64,000 nucleotides of DNA from Histomonas meleagridis 2922-C6/04-290x (lineage: Eukaryota > Protista > Parabasalia). The stretch lies in assembly GCA_020184695.1 (NCBI GenBank), contig JAANOX010000126.1, positions 645,897 to 709,896 of the forward strand, given 5' to 3'. Shown one piece after another: positions 1 through 11,439 of the stretch. The position numbers and the translations under genes are program-made. The stretch's first letter is position 1, and each line of letters opens with the position of its first letter. The notes below the pieces were generated by a model. The model was not told the DNA's origin. It saw only the letters and a list, made by a program, of their open reading frames with translations, and did no database searches.

Positions 1-2
1 TT

Positions 3-497
3 ATGAACGTTTCGGCACAAGATAAGTCGACAGGTAACGTGAAGAAGATCACGATTAAGAATGAGAAAGGACGTCTTTCACAAGCAGATATCGACAAAAT
101 GGTTGCAGACGCAGAGAAGTACAAAGCACAAGATGAAGAAGTGCGTAAGAAAGTGGAAGCGAAGAACGCACTCGAAGGATACTGCTTCGGCGTACGCAAC
201 TCATTAAATCAAGAGCAGTTCGCTAACGCATTGTCACAATCAGATAAGGACACAATCAACAAGGAAATCAATGACACGCTCGCATGGATCGAGTCTAACC
301 AAGACGCAGACGTCGCGACAATCGAAGCGAAGCAGAAGGAACTCGAAGGCAAACTGATGCCAATTATGCAATCAGCTTATCAACATGCAGCAAGCGGCGC
401 ACAAGGCGGAATGCCAGGCGCGAACATGCAAGGAGGAAGTGGAGCATCAGCAAATAGTGGACATTCATCAGGGCCACGTGTTGAAGAAGTCGATTAA
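3..497 (+). CDS. HSP70: Cytosolic Hsp70, C-terminal part (gene starts before the window)
   Basis: NVSAQDKSTGNVKKITIKNEKGRLSQADIDKMVADAEKYK, AKNALEGYCF, a GGMPG tract and terminal EEVD; GC-richer codon use typical of a highly expressed gene. Confidence 0.97.
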   Translation: MNVSAQDKSTGNVKKITIKNEKGRLSQADIDKMVADAEKYKAQDEEVRKKVEAKNALEGYCFGVRNSLNQEQFANALSQSDKDTINKEINDTLAWIESNQDADVATIEAKQKELEGKLMPIMQSAYQHAASGAQGGMPGANMQGGSGASANSGHSSGPRVEEVD

Positions 498-899
498 ATG
501 AATAAAATGTAATACAATGAATAAAATTATGTTTCTTTTGTATGTAAGCTAAAAACAGTAAAATTTTGTAAAATAAAATTTGATTCAAACATTTTTATGT
601 GTAATACAATAACAAATAGAAAAAAAAAATATTAATTAATTATGAAAGGAAAGTTATATAAAGTCTCTAAAGGCATATTGAATTGATGCAACTAATTATA
701 TATTGTGAACTTCATCAAAAAAATGATTATTTGAATAGTTATTTTATTTATTTTCATATAATAATATCATGAAGCAGCATATAATTTTGTTCGTGTATTT
801 AATTCATTAAATTTTTTTATTTCTTCTTTTCTCCATTATAGTTTGTATCTTATCATTCTATTTATGATATTGTTTATGGTGTTTTTGAATTGGTCAGAA

Positions 900-2909
900 A
901 TGAATATCATTGATAATTCTTCAATTCGGAGTCAATTTTGTTTTGAATTGCACTTTTTGCATATGTCAAGTGAGACACAAATTTTACTTTCACTAAAACA
1001 AATTATTTTTAAACTAAATGAAGAAAACTTTGAAGAATCTGTTTTAACTTCAATAAAATTGTTGAATCCTGATATCCCTTATTCTTTTAACATTGTAATT
1101 TGCATGCTGATTTATTCCATATTCATTTTTAAAAAAAGACATGTAAAAATATATTTTGAATATTTAAAAGCAATTGATTTTCAAGAACAAAAAATTAAGA
1201 AAAATATTAATAAAATAATTGATATTTTCGCTAAATATTTATTACAACAAAAGACACAAGAATCATATTTCCTTCTTGAAAAGATGATTAATAAAGAATT
1301 AATTAATTCAAATTTAGTTGATAACAAATATAGTATGCATTTTTGCACATCATAAAGATAAAGAAGAAATTAATATACATATTCAAAAAAAAGGTCAATA
1401 TGAACTAGTTTTTGAAGAGGAACAACATTCTAATAAACAACTTTTCGTATCGATATGGAGGGATAAATTTATATCAAATTTAGAAGAACTTTCAAAGAAT
1501 GATTGGGAACTTCATAAAAAATTAATTAAAGAAGGACATAATCCTAATGAAATTGTGAAAATAATTCGAAATGATGAAATAGAAAAACTTCAAGAAATAT
1601 CATCACAAGAAAATTTTGATTTTAGTCAATTTATTGAACCATCACTTTATGAAAGATGTTCATTTATTAACAATTGGTATGTTACATTAATTGATTATGC
1701 CGCATTTTTTTCTTCTATTAAATGTTTTAAATATTTACTTATGAATGGTGCAAATGTAAAAAATACAGGTAAATATGCAATTGCAGGTGGAAATTTAGAG
1801 ATAATTCATTTATGTGAACAAAATCATTCATCATTTAAAAGATCATATGAAACAGCAATTCGATTTCATCGAAATGATGTATTTAAATATCTTTATGAAA
1901 ATAAAAATATTAAAATTAAAAATTTGGCTCAATTAGGAAGAAAATGTATTTTATATAACAATTATGAAATATTCTTATTTTTGGAAAAAATGGGAATGAT
2001 AATTAATGAAGATATGGTTATTCTATCTTTAAATATTGGGAATTTATATCTTCTTAGATATTTTATGAAAAGCAAATGGATATCGAAAAGTTATCAAACA
2101 TTTGGAAAAAAAGTTTTTGCAAAAACTCTTTTTAGAATCCATTCATTCGATTAATCCAGAACCAACTAAATTTCTCCTTACACAAAAAAAGAAATTGATA
2201 TTAATGCTAAAGATTTTCATCATTTTTAATCGATATTAATTAAATTATTTTAAAATTTTATGCAAATTTTTGAAATTTTCTTAAATTATTTAAAACGGCG
2301 TTATTGTATGCAGCTAAGGAAGGTAATGTAGAAATTGTTAAATTACTTGTTGAACAATATAAAATTGATATCTATGTTAAAGATATTCTTAAATTTCATT
2401 TGATGTTTTTTTAAATTTTTACTTAATATTTATAATAAATTTTTAATGGGAATTTAATAATATTATTCCTACTTCACTTATGTATGCTGCTCAGAAAGGT
2501 TTTACAGAAATAGTGAAAATATTAATACAAAAAGGTTTTAATTTTTCATTTATAAACGAAACAGATAATTTATTTTAAAATAATAAATTTTTTATTCATG
2601 CTTTATATCTAATCTATGCATTTGGAATTTCTTTAATTTTTTCTTCACTGCGTTAACTTTCGCAGCTTCAAAAGGTTATATTGATATTGTAAAATTATTG
2701 ATTGACACAGGTTTGACGATAGATGATCCTTTATTTTATTGACTGTTTTTGATGCTTATATTTTTATTCTTCTGTTTCATATATTTTTTTGAAAGTTTAT
2801 TTATTTTTTCCATAGCGCGCTTAAGTGGGCATCTGATAAAGGTCACGATGATGTTGTTAAAATACTTCAATCAAATAATAATAATAATACTCAAGTAGAA
2901 AACTTTTAA
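900..2909 (+). CDS. DUF3447-ankyrin gene, locus 1 (interrupted: frameshifts plus 4 inter-repeat spacers)
   Basis: ORFs 843-1355 and 1318-2154 carry the family core LIDYAAFFSSIKCFKYLLMNG...GKYAIAGGNLEIIHLCEQ. Ankyrin modules start at 2295, 2471, 2647 and 2814, separated by spacers of 80, 86, 80 and 80 nt; TAA at 2907-2909. Start codon and functional status uncertain. Confidence 0.75.
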
Positions 2910-4030
2910 CTAAGATATTTATAAATAAAACTTTTAGAGTTTTGCGTTATTTTTTTTAATCGAGGTATGCAATATACTCTCTGAAGTGGTTCCAGGTGAT
3001 GATTTCGTCAAAAACGATAACTTTTATATCAAACGAAGCAAGTCAATATTTCCATTCATTTTGTTAGGGTAAAGTATTGAATAAAATTTCGACAATATTC
3101 AAACAGACTCTGTCAATTCCAGAATGGAAGAAAAAAAACACCGTTCGCACAATGCAGATATAAGAACTATGCTTGGACACAGAGATATGGATGAAGACAT
3201 GTACGGCACTGAGGGTATAGAAACAAGACTTGGCAAAGATGATTATTACGAGAAAAGCGATTTACTTGCACGAGCAAAAAATATAAAAAGGGAAACAATT
3301 TCACAAGAAAATCTTCTCCCATTTTTTGAAGTTGATTATTCATTGCTTCAAAACTAATATATCAAATTAAATAATTAACAATTCTGTAAAATTAAATGAA
3401 TTATTTGTTTTGATTTTTCGATTACAAGCTCAACGAAATAGTGTGTAACTCAAACATAAGTAGATTTAAGAGTCTGTTAAATTTATATATATTATTTAAC
3501 AAATTCGTTTTGTTATTAATTACATACTGTATTTAGTTTAAGTTTATACATGTAAAACATTTACTGTGTAAATGGTCAACATTTTTGATAATAGTTACTT
3601 CATGTAATATACACATGCATTCTTTGAAAGTTGAATTAGATGAAGATCTTAATATGTCAATGGATATAAGTTTCAATATAAGTATCAAAATGATAAATTA
3701 AATCATTGTTTTGATAATCATAAAAAATTATATTTTCCTATTTAGAATATTTTTTTCTTTAACTAGCCATATAAATTTATTCTTGATAGTTTATTTCACA
3801 ATTTCGATCTTTAACTATTAATCAATAAGAGAAATATATATATTATTTCATTTTTATTTTATGTAAATACATGCAACATATTCTTCAAAATCTTTTGAAA
3901 TAACATATGTATTAATTTGAAGTAATGAGGATTTATAGAAATTATCCTATCATATGAGAATATAATGAAAATTTAACATTCAAGTGTTTGACAATTTTCA
4001 GACAAAATAAATATATATATTCCTTTTTCA

Positions 4031-7000
4031 TTAAAGAAGTAAATTAGCAATTTCTGCATGTCCAAATCTGGATGCTAACATATACGCTGTATTAAATAAT
4101 GTATATATTTTTCCAAATATTATTATGAAATATTAATTTATTAATATAAATTTTATATAAAACATATAAATATCTTTAGCATTAATATCTAGACCTTCTT
4201 GTTCAAGAAGTAATTTAACTATTTCTATTTCACCATATTCAGATGCATACATAAGTGCTGTTTTAAATAATTGATATTATTTCCAAATATTATTATTCAA
4301 AAAAAAATATTGAATAAAACAAATAAATATCTTTAGCATTAATATCAAGGCATTTTTGCTCAAGAAGTAATTTAACTATTTCTATTTGACCATTTGAAGT
4401 TACCCAAATAAGTGCTGTATTAAATAATTTGAATAATTTCCAAACATTGCATTGAAATATCAAATTATTAAGATAAACATAATATAATATATAAAAATAT
4501 ATCTTTAACATTAATATCAATTCCTTCATGTTTAAGAAGTAATTTAACGATTTCTGTATGATCATTTGAAGATGCCCAAATGAGTATTGTATTAAATTAT
4601 TTAAATGTTTTCCAAATATTATTTTGAAATTTCAAATTATTAAAATATATTTTAAACAAAACAAATAAATATCTTTAATATTAATATCAATTCCTTCATG
4701 CTTAAGAAGTAATTTAGCTATTTCTGTATGACCATTTTCAGATGCTAATCTAAGTGCTGTATTAAATAATTTAAATAATTTCCAAATATTATTTTATATT
4801 AGTCATATCGATTAAAGCAAATAAATATTTTTAGCATTAATATCAATTCCTTCTTGTTCAAGAAGTAATTTAACTATTTTAGTATTACCATTTTCAGATG
4901 CAATCATAAGTGCTGTTTCAAATGATTTAAATAATTTCCAAATATTATTTTGAAATATCAAATTATTAAAATAAATTCTAAATAAAACATATAAATATCT
5001 TTAGCATTAATATCTAGACCTTCTTGTTCAAGAAGTAATTTAACTATTTCTGTATTACCATTTTCAGATGCAATCATAAGTGCTGTTTCAAATGATTTAA
5101 ATAATTTCCAAATATTATTTTGAAATATCAAATTATTAAAATAAATATTAAATAAAACAAATAAATATCTTTAGCATTAATATCTAGACCTTCTTGTTCA
5201 AGAAGTAATTTAACTATTTCTGTATTACCATTTTCAGATGCAATCATAAGTGCTGTTTCAAATGATTTAAATAATTTCCAAATATTATTTTGAAATATCA
5301 AATTATTAAAATAAATTCTAAATAAAACATATAAATATCTTTAGCATTAATATCTAGACCTTCTTGTTCAAGAAGTAATTTAACTATTTTAGTATTACCA
5401 TTTTCAGATGCAATCATAAGTGCTGTTTCAAATGATTTAAATAATTTCCAAATATTATTTTGAAATATCAAATTATTAAAATAAATTTCAAATGAAACAA
5501 ATAAATATCTTTAGCATTAATATCTAGACCTTCTTGTTCAAGAAGTAATTTAACTATTTTAGTATTACCATTTTCAGATGCAATCATAAGTGCTGTTTCA
5601 AATGATTTAAATAATTTCCAAATATTATTTTGAAATCCAAATCTATTAAAATAAATTCTAAATAAAACATATAAATATCTTTAGCATTAATATCTAGACC
5701 TTCTTGTTCAAGAAGTAATTTAACTATTTCTGTATTACCATTTTCAGATGCAATCATAAGTGCTGTTTCAAATGATTTAAATAATTTCCAAATATTATTT
5801 TTGATATCCTAAATTATTAAAAATAAATATTAAATAAAACAAATAAATATCTTTAGCATTAATATCAATTCCTTCTTGTTCAAGAAGTAATTTAACTATT
5901 TCTGGTTGATCATTTGAAGTTGCTTTCATAAGTGCTGTTCTAAAAAAATTGAATGATTTCCAAATATTGTTTTGAAAAATCAAATTTTTTGAAAAAATAA
6001 AAAATAAAACAAATAAATATCTTTTAGCATTAAGATCAATTTTTTTATGTTCAAGAAGTAACTTAACTATTTCCGTATAACCATTATAAGATGTTAATAT
6101 AAGTGCTGTTTCAAATAATTTAAATAATTTTCAAATATTATTTTGAAATATCAAATTATCAAAATAAATTTCAAATAAATTAAATAAATATTTTTAGCAT
6201 TAATATCAATTCCTTTATGTTCAAGAAGTAACTTAACTATTTCTGTATTACCTCTTGAAGATGCTAAGAGAAGAACTGTCCAAAATAATATTCACAATTT
6301 CCAAATATTATTTTGAAATCTTAAATTATCAAAATAAATATTAAATAAAACAAACAAATATCTTTAGCATTAATATCAACTCCTTCGTGTTCAAGAAGTA
6401 ATTCAAAGATTTCCATGTACCTCATTATATATGCATAAAGAAGTGCTACATTAAATAAATAACATAATTTTTAAATAATAAGACGAAATATAAAATAAGA
6501 CGAAAATATATCTTTTGCATTAATATCAATTCCTTTATGTCCAAGAAGCAATTTAACTATTTCTATATAACCTTTTTTAGTAGCATAAATAAGTGCTGTT
6601 CTATATATTTAAAATAATTTCCAAATATTATTTTGAAATATCAAATTATTAAAATAAATTCTAAATAAAACAAATAAATATCTTTAACATTAACATCAAT
6701 TCCTTCTTGTTCAAGAAGTAACTTAACTATTTCTATATAACCTTTTTTAGTAGCATAAATAAGTGCTGTTCTATATATTTAAAATAATTTCCAAATATTA
6801 TTTTGAAATATCAAATTATTAAAATAAATTCTAAATAAAACAAATAAATATCTTTAACATTAACATCAATTCCTTCTTGTTCAAGAAGTAACTTAACTAT
6901 TTCTATATAACCTTTTTTAGTAGCATAAATAAGTGCTGTATTAAATATTTTAAATAATTTCCAAATATTATTTTGAAATATCAAATTATTAAAATAAATT

Positions 7001-8085
7001 CTAAATAAAACAAATAAATATCTTTAACATTAACATCAATTCCTTCTTGTTCTAGAAGCAATTTAACTATTTCTATATAACCTTCACTAAATGCTATTAT
7101 AAGTGCTGTTTCAAATAATTAAAATAATTTCCAAATATTATTTTAAAATATAAAATTATCAAAATAAATTTCAAATAAATTAAATAAATATTTTTAGCAT
7201 TAATATCGATTCCTTCTTGTTCTAAAATATATTTAACAAGTTCAATATTTCCTAAAACTGTTGAAAAACCTAAAATATGTGGAAAATGATTTCCTTCAAT
7301 AAAATGTTTTATAGCAAATATATTTCCAATTCTAGATAATTCATTAATAAGAAAATCATTAATTCTCATTCCGTTTTCTAACAAAAACGAAAATATTTCA
7401 TAATTGTTATATAAAATACATTTTCTTCCTAATTGAGCCAAATTTTTTTAATTTTTAATATTTTTTTATTTTTCATAAAGATATTTAAATACATCATTTC
7501 GATGAAATCGAATTGCTGTTTCATATGATCTTTTAAATGATGAATGATTTTGTTCACATAAATGAATTATCTCTAAATTTCCACCTGCAATTGCATATTT
7601 ACCTGTATTTTTTACATTTGCACCATTCATAAGTAAATATTTAAAACATTTAATAGAAGAAAAAAATGCGGCATAATCAATTAATGATACATTTTTATTA
7701 AATTTATTAATAAATGAACATCTATCATAATTTGAATAATTAATTATATCATTAACATCAAAATCATTGTACACTGCAATTTCTTGAAGTTTTTTTCGAT
7801 TTCATCATTTCGAATTATTTTTCGCAATTTCATTTGGATTAACTCCTTCTTTAACTAATTTCTTATGAAGTTCAAAGTTATTCTCTGATAGTTCTTTATA
7901 ATTATTTCTGAGATCTTCCATATCTCTAACCAAAGCGAAAATTCACAACACTTTTCAGTAAACACCTGAATGTTTTCAACACATTTTTCGATCGGTTTCA
8001 ATTTAATCATGTTCAAAAAGTGAAATCGATATATCCGATTTAATAAAGCTACTAAAATAAGTTCATTGAGCTTAAAATATGTCAT
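4031..8085 (-). CDS. DUF3447-ankyrin gene, locus 2 (19 ankyrin modules, each preceded by a spacer)
   Basis: ORF pieces 7855-8085, 7466-7774 and 7097-7441 give the family N-terminus and core. Modules of the type TALMIASENGNTEIVKLLLEQEGLDINAKD repeat down to TAYMLASRFGHAEIANLLL-stop at 4031. N-terminal breaks sit in homopolymer runs. Confidence 0.8.
4870..5850 (-). repeat. Near-perfect 170-nt tandem repeat (90-nt ankyrin module + 80-nt spacer), about 6 copies
   Basis: ATAAATATCTTTAGCATTAATATC starts at 4991, 5161, 5331, 5501, 5671 (period 170) and 5843 (period 172). Confidence 0.95.
6540..7050 (-). repeat. Second block of near-identical 170-nt units (TALIYATKKGYIEIVKLLL type), 3 copies
   Basis: AAGTGCTGT starts at 6591, 6761 and 6931 (period 170). 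Confidence 0.92.
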
Positions 8086-8317
8086 TAAATCTGCTACATT
8101 GTTTTAATTTATTTATAATTGGTCAGTGTTTTATAATATTTCTCATATTTAAGAAATATTGTAGAGTAAATTTGGTATTCACTGGTCTAGATATTAGATA
8201 TATAATTCGAAAAAATTTAATTATATATCAAAGAAAAACAAAACAATTAATTAATTAACATTTTATTTATTTCCGCCAAATTTCATTTTACTTTATGATC
8301 AATTTTTGCGTATTCTA

Positions 8318-11300
8318 TTACACTCGAGTCTTTAGTTTTTCAGATTTTTCGCACAAGTTATTTACTAATGAGTTATGATTATGAATTTTCGTTATACATT
8401 TCGAAAGCACAAAAAGCGAACAATTTTTCGATATTCGACTCTCATAAGTAATAAAAGAAGACGAATAAAAGGAAAGAAGCTCAATATCAATGTCATCTTC
8501 TTTATATTTAAACAGCAAAGAAAGACACAAAAATCCAGAAAAAGAAATTTTTAAATTTTCTGATCGAAGACATTTCGTAAGAATTGGTATAGAACGTCTT
8601 AGATCAGTAAAATCATTAATTGTTAAAAAAGAATATTCAATGTCCATTAAATAACTTAAAAATTTTGTCGTTTTTGCATTTTGAAGTAAATTTACAATTT
8701 GATTACAAAGATTTGATTCTAATATCAAATCAGATCTTACTTCATTTGACTTGAAGATTTCTACTAATTCCGAAATTTTATTCGTTGATAGTATATAATA
8801 TGAAACATAATAAAATTCAGGAAATGAAAGTAAAAAATCCGTTAAGTTGGGGCAGTCCAAGAAAATTGAATACAGCTCCGATAGCTTCTCAATATTTGAA
8901 TTACCGATAGGAAGAAATTCTTTTACAATTTCAGAAATTTTTGAATAAAATTCGTTACAATAATAAATCAATAAATTTAATGCGTTAATGTTTGATTGTG
9001 ATGACTTTGCTAAAGCTAAAATCATTTCTTTATATGATGAAGGAAGAGATTGTTTCCAGTATGTAAATAAATCGATAAATTCATCAAATTTTCCAATTGT
9101 ATTTTCCCATAAATAATTTGCTAAATCATTAAAAGCGTCAAATCTAAATGTATCTTGAATACTAATTGATAATGCTTGATAACAACTTATCGGAACAATA
9201 TTCATTAACATGATTAATCTTTTCATATTATTTTCATCGATCGAGTCCACTTTTTGAATAATCTTATGAATTGTTGTCAAAAGTTTTTGAAGGAGATTTA
9301 CCGGCTGTTTTCTCATTGAATAATTAAGTAAACCATTCAACATCCTCAACTTGTCAAATGTCACTTTTTCCACGTCAATCATTAGCAGCGCTTTTAAAGC
9401 TCTAATTCGATTTGCTTGTTGATTTTGTTGTGCCAATTGTAACAACGCTGCGATCGTTTCTTCTGTTAAAAATGAAGGATATTTTTCGAAGTCCAAATTT
9501 GGCAAAACTATACTTAATACTATTTCATCATTTGTCAATAACAAATTTGGGATGAAATCCTTTGGCAAATATTTAACAGCGTCTTTTGCCTCCAGCATTT
9601 TAAACAGCACTTGCAGCAATCGATTCTTACATAAAGGATGTGCCTTCTTATAAATATCAACGAGGAAAGGCACAGCCTCATCACATTTAAATGAATCCTT
9701 ATCAACTGATCTCAAGAAAGACATCAACTGAGAAATGCCATTATTAAAATGTTCCAAATGTCCCAACTCCACTGCGTCATCAATTTTCTTCAAGATTCTC
9801 ATTCCGAAATCCGCAGAACCGCCCAAAAAATTATTAAAACTCAAAACTCTTGAGTTAATTGGTGAGAACAAAGACCTCGATCGAATATGTCCGCTTTCAC
9901 TACTGCTATGTATCATGATTCCCTTCTTATCGATTCCAGGAAATTGATACTCCGCGTTCTGTAACAGCTGCACAATCTTCGTGAAACTCGGCCTCTTGTT
10001 ATTGTCTTGGTCCCAACATTGTCTCATCAGCTTCGCAAGTGGCTCTGGCGTATTCTCCGGTATTATTGGCCTTCGTCCATCCTCTACAACTTGCACTGAT
10101 ATCGACGAAATGTCTTCGCCTTCATACGGCCTTTTCCCAGTCAGTAATTCCCATAATAATATACCAAATGAATAAACATCTACTTTCTCATCATAAAAAG
10201 GATTCGAAAGAACAACTTCAGGAGCCATCCACAACGTAGTCCCAACTAATCCGGTCATTGGCACTGTCGACTTCGTTCGCGCTAATCCGAAGTCGCATAT
10301 TTTCGCGCGCTTCTTCTCGTCTAACAAAACATTCAGACTTTTAAGGTCGCGATGAATGATGCCGCGACTGTGTAAGTACTCTAAGCCTAACGCAACGTCC
10401 AGTGCTATTAAGGAGCGATCTGTTGGCGTGAGATCTTCGCCGCGTTCTTTGAGGAAGTTATATAATGAACCATTGACCATGTAATCTGTGAGGATACAAA
10501 AAGGTGCTTCAACTGTGTAGCCACGGAACTTAACAAGTGATGGATGTGAGAGCATTGATAATGTGAATACTTCGCGACGAAACATTTCAAGATCACTAGC
10601 TTTGAGTTCACGTGTTTTGAGGATTTTTACGGCAACTTCTTGCCCTGTGTTCTTTATTCGACCACGTACAACTTTGCCACTACGTCCAAAGCCGATTTGT
10701 TCTTCGAATTCGATATCTTCATATTTCAAGATAAAATTAAGGGTGGGTGGTAAATCTAAAATTGGGATTTTATCGGAATATTGGGAATCGGAATTATATA
10801 TACCATATGATTCAAGTGATATAAGACGATCTTCTACGCGTTTTTTGACATCTGGTCGAGACGAAACATCACTCCGATTTTTTACTTGATTGATAATGAT
10901 AGAAATCCATTTTACATCAACTTCGTTTTGAAATGATAGATCAGATTCTGGGATATCAAATATTGATCCTAACTTTGGAAAACCAATTCCTTCAAATGCT
11001 TTCTTAAAAGACTTTCTGAGTTGAATAAATTCTTGATAAACATTTCTCATTGATGTCATTATAACAAATTGTGTTGAATTTTCTCGGGAACATTGACTTT
11101 GAAGTTGTTGAAATTGTTCAAGACAATCACATAAATTTAATAATTCTTTTTTGTTGATCTTTTTTGGTATTTCCATTTGAGATGCTTGAGTTTGAATTAT
11201 TTTATGTACTTCTCTAAGTTTTGATAATAAGTCATTTACTTTGGAACGATGAACATAAGGATATGGGTTAGCTTTTAATGTTATTGCAATTCGATTTGAA

Positions 11301-11329
11301 ATATCAGTTAAAAGTTTTACATCCCCCAT
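8318..11329 (-). CDS. TKL-family protein kinase with N-terminal helical domain and C-terminal helical/ARM-like region
   Basis: IGFGRSGKV, VAVKIL, HRDLKSLNVLL, DFGLAR, GTTLWMAPE, DVYSFG and CWDQDNNKRPSF motifs; 1003 aa intact. Confidence 0.93.
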   Translation of the reverse strand: MGDVKLLTDISNRIAITLKANPYPYVHRSKVNDLLSKLREVHKIIQTQASQMEIPKKINKKELLNLCDCLEQFQQLQSQCSRENSTQFVIMTSMRNVYQEFIQLRKSFKKAFEGIGFPKLGSIFDIPESDLSFQNEVDVKWISIIINQVKNRSDVSSRPDVKKRVEDRLISLESYGIYNSDSQYSDKIPILDLPPTLNFILKYEDIEFEEQIGFGRSGKVVRGRIKNTGQEVAVKILKTRELKASDLEMFRREVFTLSMLSHPSLVKFRGYTVEAPFCILTDYMVNGSLYNFLKERGEDLTPTDRSLIALDVALGLEYLHSRGIIHRDLKSLNVLLDEKKRAKICDFGLARTKSTVPMTGLVGTTLWMAPEVVLSNPFYDEKVDVYSFGILLWELLTGKRPYEGEDISSISVQVVEDGRRPIIPENTPEPLAKLMRQCWDQDNNKRPSFTKIVQLLQNAEYQFPGIDKKGIMIHSSSESGHIRSRSLFSPINSRVLSFNNFLGGSADFGMRILKKIDDAVELGHLEHFNNGISQLMSFLRSVDKDSFKCDEAVPFLVDIYKKAHPLCKNRLLQVLFKMLEAKDAVKYLPKDFIPNLLLTNDEIVLSIVLPNLDFEKYPSFLTEETIAALLQLAQQNQQANRIRALKALLMIDVEKVTFDKLRMLNGLLNYSMRKQPVNLLQKLLTTIHKIIQKVDSIDENNMKRLIMLMNIVPISCYQALSISIQDTFRFDAFNDLANYLWENTIGKFDEFIDLFTYWKQSLPSSYKEMILALAKSSQSNINALNLLIYYCNEFYSKISEIVKEFLPIGNSNIEKLSELYSIFLDCPNLTDFLLSFPEFYYVSYYILSTNKISELVEIFKSNEVRSDLILESNLCNQIVNLLQNAKTTKFLSYLMDIEYSFLTINDFTDLRRSIPILTKCLRSENLKISFSGFLCLSLLFKYKEDDIDIELLSFYSSSFITYESRISKNCSLFVLSKCITKIHNHNSLVNNLCEKSEKLKTRV

Positions 11330-11439
11330 GCAAAAATCGAAGATTATTGAAGAACGTTTATATCATAGTACGTTAAAATTCTTCAAAAGGGATTTTTGCT
11401 TCTGAAAAATAATTTTATACAAAATCAAAGAAGTTGAAA

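Noticed and set aside
2215-2813. A single programmed -1 frameshift within each spacer
   Set aside because: Several spacers have an early stop in the upstream frame and a later stop in the downstream frame (e.g. 2227 with 2271, and 2740 with 2790), so one slip cannot traverse them.
3124-3357. 77-aa ORF between loci 1 and 2
   Set aside because: No recognisable motif; short and isolated, so it cannot be supported as a gene.
4870-5850. CRISPR-like repeat-spacer array
   Set aside because: Both parts repeat, the unit is 170 nt, the module encodes ankyrin, there are no cas genes, and the context is eukaryotic.
4031-7192. Spacers as sequencing errors
   Set aside because: They are 46-86-nt insertions at one homologous site with a shared motif, on both strands and in five loci; base-calling errors do not produce that.
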